Of a stretch of DNA of 32,000 bases, positions 1 to 7,472 are shown piece by piece. The notes under the pieces were generated by a model that had not been told where the DNA came from, ran no database searches, and worked only from the letters and a program-made list of their open reading frames with translations. Within the stretch, counting starts at the first letter, position 1. Each line of letters opens with the position of its first letter. Source of the DNA: Nitrosopumilus adriaticus (GTDB lineage Archaea > Thermoproteota > Nitrososphaeria > Nitrososphaerales > Nitrosopumilaceae); NCBI RefSeq assembly GCF_000956175.1, contig NZ_CP011070.1, forward strand, positions 1,078,147 through 1,110,146, in the 5' to 3' direction. The position numbers were made by a program, and so were the translations under genes.

Positions 1-721
1 TCGAATTTTTCATCTGAGAAATCAAATCATTAATGGCAGCTAAATCATTTTGTTTAATAGTTTGATTTGAATTAATCGTGCCCACTTGAAGATTTGAATT
101 ATTCATTTCCCCAACGGTTACATTGTAAACAGTTGTAGGTGATGCTTCATTAGAATCTGAATCATTATTATTTGATTCTGCTTTTTTTAGATTTTTATCA
201 AATTTTTCTCTAGATTGTGCCATTAATTGATCTAATCTTTGATCATCAATCAAATCAGGATGGCTAGAAATTGCAAGATAATATGCAGTGTATTTTCCTG
301 AATTGAGTTTTATAATACGCGTTTTATATGAAACCAAACTTGGGTGTGTATCATCTTGATGTTCGGAGAGTACTGATGAATACATACAAACTTTTTCAAA
401 TAATTGATTTAATCCAGTATGATCCACACGTCCATTATTTTTGTTGATTTCTAAAAATCGATTAAGAGATTTTTGATCAGACTCAAAATTTACAACAACA
501 TATGCTTCTCTATTTCTATTAGCCCAATCTTTGATATGATCCTGTAATCGATTAACTTCATCATCATATGGTGTAATGAATGCCATCACCATTCCAGTTT
601 TAACTAATTCTTGAAAATCCACTTCATCTCCATTTCTAATACTGTCCCAAATTTTTCTTGGATATGGCACATCCATAAATGAAGTAATGTTTCCCCTAGG
701 TTGTTGTTCTGCATCACTCAT
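1..721 (-). CDS. hypothetical protein; C-terminal part runs off the left edge of the window
   Basis: My own reverse-strand translation from the ATG at 721-719 (MSDAEQQPRGNITSFMDVPYPRKIWDSIRNGDEVDF...) appears to stay open to position 1. It is absent from the ORF track, presumably because no stop lies inside the window. No motif recognised. Confidence 0.45.
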   Translation of the reverse strand, partial: MSDAEQQPRGNITSFMDVPYPRKIWDSIRNGDEVDFQELVKTGMVMAFITPYDDEVNRLQDHIKDWANRNREAYVVVNFESDQKSLNRFLEINKNNGRVDHTGLNQLFEKVCMYSSVLSEHQDDTHPSLVSYKTRIIKLNSGKYTAYYLAISSHPDLIDDQRLDQLMAQSREKFDKNLKKAESNNNDSDSNEASPTTVYNVTVGEMNNSNLQVGTINSNQTIKQNDLAAINDLISQMKNS

Positions 722-791
722 AATCCTTTTCAAAATTGTATGAACTTAAGCATATTGGAAAAAGTAATACACTAAAAAAATAACTAAGATC

Positions 792-1457
792 ATGGAACTG
801 GATGAACAATTAATTAAAATGGGAAAATTATGTTCGATTTATGAAAAGCAATTCCTTCAATTTAGCGATATTGTGCCTTATGTTGATAATGATTGGACTT
901 TAACCAAATCTCCATTATTGGCTTCAATTCTACTGGGCATTGGACCCCAAATAGAGGCAATGACCAAAATAATTTTCAATGCTTTGGGATTCACAACAGA
1001 AAAAAACAAACCTGGGTTTTGGGATTATTATCCCGAATTAAACCAGAAGAGGATGTTTACTAGTCATTCAGTCATTCTTAAAAATTCAGCATATCAAGGA
1101 TACAAAATACTTCATCCATTTAACGAATTAGGAAGTAATACAGACAATGTTATGTGGTGGGAGGCATACAATAAACTCAAGCATTCTCTTCCGGAAGGAT
1201 TAGAATATGGTTCATTACAAAACACAATTCATGGACTTGCCGCTCTTTCAAGTCTTTTACATATTGCATATGAAATTAAATTAAATTTAACAAAAGAGCG
1301 TGATTTTATTTTGGATTCAAAAAATTGGCATATTACAAATTTGGGAGTTTTTGAAGGTAGAAATGAATGGCCCCCAGTTCAAAATCCATTACATAAAATT
1401 TTAGATTGGAAGTCTGAATTATTTTTCTTTGATAACGTATTGACACTTCGTGTTTAA
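792..1457 (+). CDS. hypothetical protein (helical; WWEAYNKLKH segment is vaguely HEPN/Abi-like, unverified)
   Basis: 221-aa ORF with ATG start, followed 25 nt later by a same-strand ORF (operon-like). No confident motif. Confidence 0.45.
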   Translation: MELDEQLIKMGKLCSIYEKQFLQFSDIVPYVDNDWTLTKSPLLASILLGIGPQIEAMTKIIFNALGFTTEKNKPGFWDYYPELNQKRMFTSHSVILKNSAYQGYKILHPFNELGSNTDNVMWWEAYNKLKHSLPEGLEYGSLQNTIHGLAALSSLLHIAYEIKLNLTKERDFILDSKNWHITNLGVFEGRNEWPPVQNPLHKILDWKSELFFFDNVLTLRV

Positions 1458-1481
1458 TGAAAATGTATGCAACACAGATGA

Positions 1482-2411
1482 ATGATACTCAAATGGAATT
1501 GGTCTAAAAACATGGCAAAAAAATCACAGTGGACTGGTGGAATATTAGGAGTTGCACGTTTTTCTTATAGAATAATCGACAATCCGCCAACGTTAAAAAT
1601 CAGATATTCAATGCCTGAAGGATCGGGAATTTGTACTGATGTAAACCATTCCATGATACGTCCTTTTAGAAAAATTCTTAATGATGCAAAATATCCCGGA
1701 AAAATCACATATGTTTTCATTCGTGATGAAAAAAAGTATCATGTACTAGGAGCATTTAGCCATACCAACAGAAACATCATATTTTTCCCTGGTGTGGTAG
1801 ACAAAAGACTTCTCAATTTTGGAGAAGATGAGTTATTATCAAATGGAATTGAAAAACACGTAGATCATTTTACGCTAGAGAATAATTTGGATTCTTGGCA
1901 TGTTACTGTTCAAGAAAAAGAATTTGACGGTACAAGATTCAAATCACAAAAAACAAAAAAAATTGATGAAAATAATTACTTGTGGTTCATTTTCAAGATA
2001 TCTGATTTGAATAAAATGGATTTATTACCAAAAGAATTAAGGTTTGAACTTTATGAGTCTCTTGATGAAATAAAGCGAAGATTGCCAATAATTACAAAGG
2101 CCCGGGAAAATGGAATATTTCAAGTTACAGAATTAAATGATAAAGAAAAAAGTCCTTTTTTTTGGTATGTAGAATTTTTTATTTCAAAATCAAATAAAAA
2201 AGAAGACCATCCTAAATCGCCAGTCATAGTAATGCCTAACAAAGATACAAAAATTTTAGAAGGTAGAAAAAAAGCCATGATGCGTACTCATCAAGTTTTT
2301 TTGGATGGATTTGATGGCTCTGTTTTTGTCCGAGTTTCAAAAGTTCAAGGAACCATTAATAGTCATATAATTTTTGAAAGTGGTCAAAACATAATTCCTA
2401 GCTCTAAATAA
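1482..2411 (+). CDS. hypothetical protein
   Basis: 309-aa ORF tightly following 792..1457. An alternative ATG lies at 1512 (MAKKSQW). No motif recognised. Confidence 0.45.
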   Translation: MILKWNWSKNMAKKSQWTGGILGVARFSYRIIDNPPTLKIRYSMPEGSGICTDVNHSMIRPFRKILNDAKYPGKITYVFIRDEKKYHVLGAFSHTNRNIIFFPGVVDKRLLNFGEDELLSNGIEKHVDHFTLENNLDSWHVTVQEKEFDGTRFKSQKTKKIDENNYLWFIFKISDLNKMDLLPKELRFELYESLDEIKRRLPIITKARENGIFQVTELNDKEKSPFFWYVEFFISKSNKKEDHPKSPVIVMPNKDTKILEGRKKAMMRTHQVFLDGFDGSVFVRVSKVQGTINSHIIFESGQNIIPSSK

Positions 2412-2620
2412 TTTTACTATAAGTTTCTGAAATAATTCAACTGTTGGTTGTGTGGGGCTAAATTCCTTGTCAATTTCATGACCAAAACTTGCAGTCTACC
2501 AATTTGATTTCCGTTTGATCATAGAGATTTGTTATGAGATTATTTTCAAATATGCGTAATTAGCCTCGATATAGATTATTTTAAATTAAAAATCAACTAT
2601 CGATTTAAGAATAATTATCA

Positions 2621-2712
2621 GATACAAGAATAAACAAGAAAAATAAACTCAAGTTTAGAAAAACAAGAATAACACAATAACCAACAACAAGTATTCAAGA
2701 AAAAACAAGACT
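2621..2712. repeat. cluster of ACAAGAA(T)A short direct repeats upstream of 2720..3319
   Basis: ACAAGAA at 2624, 2634 and 2663, with variants TTCAAGAA at 2694 and AACAAGAC at 2704. The region is low-complexity A-rich, so significance is uncertain. Confidence 0.3.
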
Positions 2713-2719
2713 GCAACAA

Positions 2720-3319
2720 ATGAGTAAGACAAAACAAGAAACAGTTCTTAAATTCAGCACAATAGATGAGGCCGAAAAGAAACTCTATGAGATGATAAAA
2801 TCAGGAACAAACTTTCGAGAAATCGCAAAGACTGGCTTTGATATTTCAGGGAACATAAAGCGATACAATCCCTCACAAATCAGCAAAATTAAGGCTAAAT
2901 TTGAGCCTAAATTGCCTGAAAACAATCGAGATCCAGACAAGGCAAAAGTATTTTCATTATTCAAGAAAAACAAGAAACCAACTGATGTAATCATTGAGAC
3001 TGGCCTGAATTACGAATATGTTAAAAAATCATATGAAGAATATTTAGAGTTTGAAGAGAAAATGCTAGTGCCAAAATACTGGATAAATAATTTGGTAAAT
3101 TATGCTGATGGGATATCCGAACAAGTTGGAAAAAACAAACTAGGCCATATTCACTATGCATTATCTGTTGCACATAACTCTCATGTAGAATTACAAAAAC
3201 ACATCTACTATTGCTGTGTATGTGAAGAACAAATTCCAATCAAGGATAAAACATTACAGGCTGCATGTGATTATTTGTCTCAGAAATGGGGGCATGCAGA
3301 ATGTATCAAAAATCAATAA
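2720..3319 (+). CDS. hypothetical protein, possible N-terminal HTH and C-terminal Cys/His cluster
   Basis: 199-aa ORF with ATG start. The C-terminus reads YYCCVCEEQ...ACDYLSQKWGHAEC. First gene of the pPolB-element region. Confidence 0.45.
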   Translation: MSKTKQETVLKFSTIDEAEKKLYEMIKSGTNFREIAKTGFDISGNIKRYNPSQISKIKAKFEPKLPENNRDPDKAKVFSLFKKNKKPTDVIIETGLNYEYVKKSYEEYLEFEEKMLVPKYWINNLVNYADGISEQVGKNKLGHIHYALSVAHNSHVELQKHIYYCCVCEEQIPIKDKTLQAACDYLSQKWGHAECIKNQ

Positions 3320-3320
3320 T

Positions 3321-3881
3321 TTACTTCAGAGTTTTTTGAATTTCTTTATACCATACTGATGATTCATTACTGTATATGCTAGCAAAAATCTCTGACCATT
3401 CGTCGGGTTTTGATTCGTCTGTGAGATATAATTCATAAAATCTATCTTTTAATTTTTCAAATTTTTTTTCAAACTGTTTATTCTTAATAGATGGAAATTG
3501 TTCAAAAAATTCTTTCCAAAAAAGTTCAATTCCCCCAATAACTTTCATAAAAGATGAAAAAGAATTAGCTCGTTGTAGTGCATTAAGCTTAATATTTTTC
3601 TTATCATATAAGTTCAAATGCTCTTCTAGTTTTTTCAATTCATAATCGGATAAAAATGCAATAAGACTTTCAGAAAGTTTAGATGATTTTGTAGCATAAT
3701 GAACATTTTGTTTATCCACTTGTGTCCTAACAACAATTTTATTTTTTACCATTCTTTTCAAAGTTTCTCTGAATGGTCTATCCGAACATGTTTTTGGAAC
3801 AACTAATTTTTTTAATTCTCCCCAACGTAACGAGTTGTGTTTTTTAATTTCCTTGTAAATTGCGTTTTCAATATAATCCAA
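3321..3881 (-). CDS. winged-helix-like transcriptional regulator (tentative)
   Basis: 186-aa ORF with TTG start. The N-terminus (LRWGELKKLV...FRETLKRMVKNKIVVR) looks wHTH-like. It is divergent from the pPolB operon, the same position as 22560..23144 in the casposon. Confidence 0.45.
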   Translation of the reverse strand: MDYIENAIYKEIKKHNSLRWGELKKLVVPKTCSDRPFRETLKRMVKNKIVVRTQVDKQNVHYATKSSKLSESLIAFLSDYELKKLEEHLNLYDKKNIKLNALQRANSFSSFMKVIGGIELFWKEFFEQFPSIKNKQFEKKFEKLKDRFYELYLTDESKPDEWSEIFASIYSNESSVWYKEIQKTLK

Positions 3882-3921
3882 GTACCCCTCTCCTAAGTAC
3901 CCTAGGGTACATAATGTACCC
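3882..3921. promoter_or_regulatory. operator-like cluster of GTACCC half-sites, including the perfect palindrome GTACCCTAGGGTAC
   Basis: GTACCC at 3882 and 3916, and the 14-nt perfect palindrome at 3897..3910. It lies exactly between the divergent genes 3321..3881(-) and 3952..4218(+). TATAAG follows at ~3922. Confidence 0.5.
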
Positions 3922-3951
3922 TATAAGAATACTCCTAACATAGATTATAGT

Positions 3952-4218
3952 ATGAACAAAGTAAAGAATATGCCTAAGACAGGCATAAAAATCTCCAAAA
4001 ACAAGGTTTCCGAGTTTATTGAAACCAAATTTGGATCTAGAGCAGTATCCGATATGAACAAATCTCGAGTCATTGCTCTTCCAAAAGTTGCACTATCAAA
4101 CATGTGTGATAATTCAGAACCTACAAGATTAGAAGTATCTTTAGTTCAAAAACAAGGTGAACAGTTTATCAAGTTATCACCTTGTACATGTGGAAACCCT
4201 AAAGGAGGTAAAAAATGA
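3952..4218 (+). CDS. small DNA-binding protein, AbrB/SpoVT-like (tentative)
   Basis: 88-aa ORF. KSRVIALPKVALSNM...LEVSLVQKQGEQFIKL resembles the swapped-hairpin AbrB/MazE pattern. Its stop overlaps the next gene start (ATGA at 4215..4218). Confidence 0.4.
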   Translation: MNKVKNMPKTGIKISKNKVSEFIETKFGSRAVSDMNKSRVIALPKVALSNMCDNSEPTRLEVSLVQKQGEQFIKLSPCTCGNPKGGKK

Positions 4219-4544
4219 GTCAAACACACACCCCATTTCTTAAATGGGGACAATACATGTCAAAATCTGAAAAAAATCCAGATACGCTACTAGTCAAAGT
4301 TACTGAAACAAATATTTCCAAATCGGAATATTCAGAAAACGTTCCAGCGATAGTAGATGGAGAGGAAAAAATTATTCCTCTACATAGTTTTGAATCTGCA
4401 AACAAAGGGTTGTTAAAACTATGGCTAAAGGCCAAAAACGATGGAAAACTAGTCGTTGGAACAACCTTCAAGATTTTGACATGGATAGGAACTTCAAAAA
4501 AGAATAAAAACAGACCAATAAGACGATTCAGATTCAAATTCTGA
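4215..4544 (+). CDS. conserved pPolB-module protein of unknown function
   Basis: 109 aa. Clear homologue of casposon ORF 22171..22500, which is also 109 aa: shared LPL.S..S.N..LL.LW, F.L.TW.G.SK and RPIRRF near the C-terminus. Same position two genes upstream of pPolB. Confidence 0.7.
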   Translation: MSQTHTPFLKWGQYMSKSEKNPDTLLVKVTETNISKSEYSENVPAIVDGEEKIIPLHSFESANKGLLKLWLKAKNDGKLVVGTTFKILTWIGTSKKNKNRPIRRFRFKF

Positions 4545-4563
4545 ATTTCTTTTCTTTTTTTAG

Positions 4564-4908
4564 GTGATGATAATGATTAATGATAAAAAGAAACTATTAG
4601 AACAGCTTGAAGCACTAAAGTTATTCCCAAATAATAACTTGGTAAAACAATTACGAAAACAAATCAAAACAAAACTAAAGCAATTAGATATAAAAAAATC
4701 AAAACCAGAAATTTCCATTTCAGAAAAACACGCAATTGCTAATGCTAATCGCTCAGCCAAAGTAAAACGAACCTGGAACTATGTAAAACAAATTCAAAAG
4801 AATTTCCCAAATCTCACCATCAAAGAGATACGATCCCAGCTCAAAGTAAGAGCACAAGGACAAAAAACATCAATTCCTGATGCAATATGGCAGAATCCCT
4901 CCCCATAA
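4564..4908 (+). CDS. small, very basic protein overlapping the pPolB start
   Basis: 114 aa. Strong homologue of 21832..22155 (KLLEQLEALKLFPNN, NFPNL, SIPD.IWQNPSP). The 3' end overlaps the pPolB ATG by 22 nt in both elements. Exact start is ambiguous (GTG 4564 / ATG 4567 / ATG 4573). Confidence 0.7.
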   Translation: MMIMINDKKKLLEQLEALKLFPNNNLVKQLRKQIKTKLKQLDIKKSKPEISISEKHAIANANRSAKVKRTWNYVKQIQKNFPNLTIKEIRSQLKVRAQGQKTSIPDAIWQNPSP

Positions 4909-6665
4909 GTGATAGCAAGTCCCTTACAGGATTATACACTACAGGTCATCAAGACAGAAGATATGCCAATTCCAAACTACGCCAAATCTGTGCATTAGAT
5001 ACAGAGACTCATGATGGAGATATTTTCCTAATTGCAGACTCTGAGGGCAATTATTTAGATAAAATCACGCCTAAATCAGTCATAAAATGGCTATTTTCCA
5101 AAAGATATGAAGGAACTTGGAACTTTTTTTACAATCTAACCTTTGATGCAGGAGTAATTTTGAAACTCTTAGGTGAGAATCTAAAGTCATATCTAAAAAC
5201 TAGGTCTCTTGATTTTTCCTTTGAGGGTTATTCCATACAGTACATTCATGGAAAGAAACTTGCAATAAAAAAAGGACATCACAGTACAGTCTTTTTTGAT
5301 ATTGCACAGTTCTATCACATGAAACTAGTTGACGCATATCAATCAAACATTGGCAAATTACCTGAAGAGTATCTAAAAATGAAACAAAAACGCTCACATT
5401 TTACAAAACGGTTCTATAATAGAAACAAACAGCAAGTGAGAAATTATTGTATCACTGATTGTATACTAACTAAAAGACTTGCAGAAAAATGGATTACACT
5501 ATTTCATGATGCATTTGAGTTTTATCCTAATCGATGGATTAGTTCAGGATATCTGGCAGAAAAAGTTTTGATAAATAATGAAATAGATATTCCAAAGTTT
5601 AACACTGTCCCATATAAGATTCAGGAATTAGCATTCAGGTGTTATTTTGGCGGGAGGTTTGAGATGCTAAAGCGAGGATTCATTGGGACAGGATACATCT
5701 ATGATATTAATTCTGCATACCCATATGCACTAACTAAAATCCCGAATCTATCAAAAGGAAGATGGATAAAACGAAAATCAATTCATCCAGATTCAAAACT
5801 AGGCTTCTTTAGAATTAAAGCAGACATTCCTGATCTAAAACATGTTCCACCATTCCCATTTAGAAACAATAACATGATAATTTTCCCCAGTGGAAAGTTT
5901 GAAACATTCTGTACATTACCTGAACTGTTGGCATGTAATGATGAATCCATGTATGAAATCATTGATTCATATCAATTCATTCCAGATGTAGAGGAGTATC
6001 CTTACAAAAATTTCATTACAGAAATGTATCAAAAGAGACTGAAACTAAAACAAGATGGTTCACCATTGCAACTACCAATCAAATTGATTCTAAATTCTAT
6101 TTATGGGAAAACGGGTCAGAGAATTAATCGAAAGATAGGTAATCTGTTTAATCCGATAATATTTTCAGCCATTACTGGCCATGCCCGTGCTCAACTGTAT
6201 GAATTTGTTCAAAAGCACAAAATTGAGCGTGAAATTGTGGCTTTTGCCACTGATTCTGTATGTACAACTAGGAAGATAACCTCTAGCTCAAATGAGCTAG
6301 GGGTCTTTAGTTTGGATAAATCTGGTGATGATGTATTTTTCTTACAAAACGGCATTTACAGAATAAATGGCAAATGGAAGCAGAGAGGATTGGGCCATTT
6401 AGGAACTAAAGAGATTGAGCATCTAGATACGGTGGAAAAAGATGGAAAGTTATTTTACAAGTTCAAAGTGCTTCGAGCAGGTCAATTACGTTCATCTATT
6501 ATTCAAAACAATATTGAAGGAATTGGTAAATTTTCCGAGATAACAAGACAGATTGATCTTAATGCAGATAACAAAAGGATATGGCTTGGAAATTTGAAGA
6601 ATATTGATGAAGAAACTGTAAATTTTTCTATTTCTATTTCTTTAAATCATTTCAAAAATATTTGA
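4887..6665 (+). CDS. polB: protein-primed-type family B DNA polymerase (pPolB), copy 1
   Basis: 592 aa. Exo I ALDTET, Exo II FYNLTFDAGV, Exo III YCITDCIL, motif A YDINSAYPY, motif B LNSIYGKTGQ, motif C FATDSV. Collinear over its full length with 20069..21853. Confidence 0.9.
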   Translation: MAESLPISDSKSLTGLYTTGHQDRRYANSKLRQICALDTETHDGDIFLIADSEGNYLDKITPKSVIKWLFSKRYEGTWNFFYNLTFDAGVILKLLGENLKSYLKTRSLDFSFEGYSIQYIHGKKLAIKKGHHSTVFFDIAQFYHMKLVDAYQSNIGKLPEEYLKMKQKRSHFTKRFYNRNKQQVRNYCITDCILTKRLAEKWITLFHDAFEFYPNRWISSGYLAEKVLINNEIDIPKFNTVPYKIQELAFRCYFGGRFEMLKRGFIGTGYIYDINSAYPYALTKIPNLSKGRWIKRKSIHPDSKLGFFRIKADIPDLKHVPPFPFRNNNMIIFPSGKFETFCTLPELLACNDESMYEIIDSYQFIPDVEEYPYKNFITEMYQKRLKLKQDGSPLQLPIKLILNSIYGKTGQRINRKIGNLFNPIIFSAITGHARAQLYEFVQKHKIEREIVAFATDSVCTTRKITSSSNELGVFSLDKSGDDVFFLQNGIYRINGKWKQRGLGHLGTKEIEHLDTVEKDGKLFYKFKVLRAGQLRSSIIQNNIEGIGKFSEITRQIDLNADNKRIWLGNLKNIDEETVNFSISISLNHFKNI

Positions 6666-6668
6666 AAA

Positions 6669-7472
6669 ATGATGGATAATAGGTGGAAGTATGTCATCAG
6701 CAGTATTGTTTTTATCACCTGTATTGGTATTCTGTATTTTCTATTGACTATTGATTTTCAAGACAATTCATTTATGATCTATCCTATAAATGAAAGCGTC
6801 AAAGTACATCATCTTTTTTTAATTCCTGTTTTAACATATTTTGTTTTTTTCATCGTTTGGATGATTACAAAAAAATATGTTGCAGAATGTCTGGAGAATT
6901 TAATTTACAACTGGCCCAAAAAAGGCCTTATAAAAATAATTGATTCCAATACTAGAGATGATATTATTGGTTTTTTTATTCTTAGTACTGTTATTACAGG
7001 TTTTGTCTGGTATGTGTTAGGGATATCAACCTCAGAAGTGTTTCTTGCGTTAGTCCCATTCACCGAATTAGTTCCAGAACTTTATGTACCATGTGAAGCA
7101 TTGGCTCAAATTTTAGATGATTTTTTTGGGGATATAGAGTATATCCTTTTGTTAATTGGTCCAATTTGGGTATTAATTCTAAAAAGAAGTAGACAGTATG
7201 AAATAAAACATTCTAAGGAAAATAAACAAAGAGGATTTAGAACATTAGTGTTGTTTTTTTGGGCAGCCATAGCATTATTTGCTGCAGATAATAGTTTTGA
7301 ATTAGGATGTGATAATGATAGGCCTCCAGGAATATATCTTCTACCACCATCCCCAGCTTATAATTTGTTAACAGATATGATTTCTGCTCTAATTTATGGG
7401 GGATTAATTACTCTGTTTATTTTTGTGTTAAACAAATATTTTACAAAATGGTTTAACTTAGAAAAAAATTAA
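6669..7472 (+). CDS. multi-pass membrane protein, unknown function
   Basis: 267 aa with several long hydrophobic segments (VISSIVFITCIGILYFLL, LFLIPVLTYFVFFIVWMI, IIGFFILSTVITGFVWYVLGI, YILLLIGPIWVLIL, LVLFFWAAIALFAA, ISALIYGGLITLFIFVL). Confidence 0.6.
   Translation: MMDNRWKYVISSIVFITCIGILYFLLTIDFQDNSFMIYPINESVKVHHLFLIPVLTYFVFFIVWMITKKYVAECLENLIYNWPKKGLIKIIDSNTRDDIIGFFILSTVITGFVWYVLGISTSEVFLALVPFTELVPELYVPCEALAQILDDFFGDIEYILLLIGPIWVLILKRSRQYEIKHSKENKQRGFRTLVLFFWAAIALFAADNSFELGCDNDRPPGIYLLPPSPAYNLLTDMISALIYGGLITLFIFVLNKYFTKWFNLEKN

Noticed and set aside
2491-2545. Degenerate left terminus plus target repeat of element A (GCAGTCTACCAAT vs ACTCTTTATCAAT; CCGTTT...GTTATGAG vs CCCCCCGTTTAC...ATTATGAC)
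   Set aside because: Only about 8/13 and short-word matches that need gaps, so it is not distinguishable from chance in this composition. It is kept only as a provisional boundary.
2552-2564. 13-nt identity ATGCGTAATTAGC shared with 19738..19750, as a possible conserved origin motif of both elements
   Set aside because: In 32 kb of AT-rich sequence compared on both strands, several chance 13-mers are expected. The orientation is also inconsistent with the inverted pPolB modules.
4887-4908. Programmed -1 frameshift fusing the small basic protein to pPolB (the polymerase is in the -1 frame)
   Set aside because: No X-XXY-YYZ slippery heptamer lies in the 22-nt overlap (ATGGCAGAATCCCTCCCCATAA). 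Ordinary translational coupling is sufficient.
2785-5397. Minus-strand ORFs 2785..2994, 3021..3239, 4220..4537, 4560..4760 and 5200..5397
   Set aside because: Each is fully embedded antisense in a longer ORF. Three of those longer ORFs (4215..4544, 4564..4908, pPolB) have a homologue in the second element, so they are the real genes.
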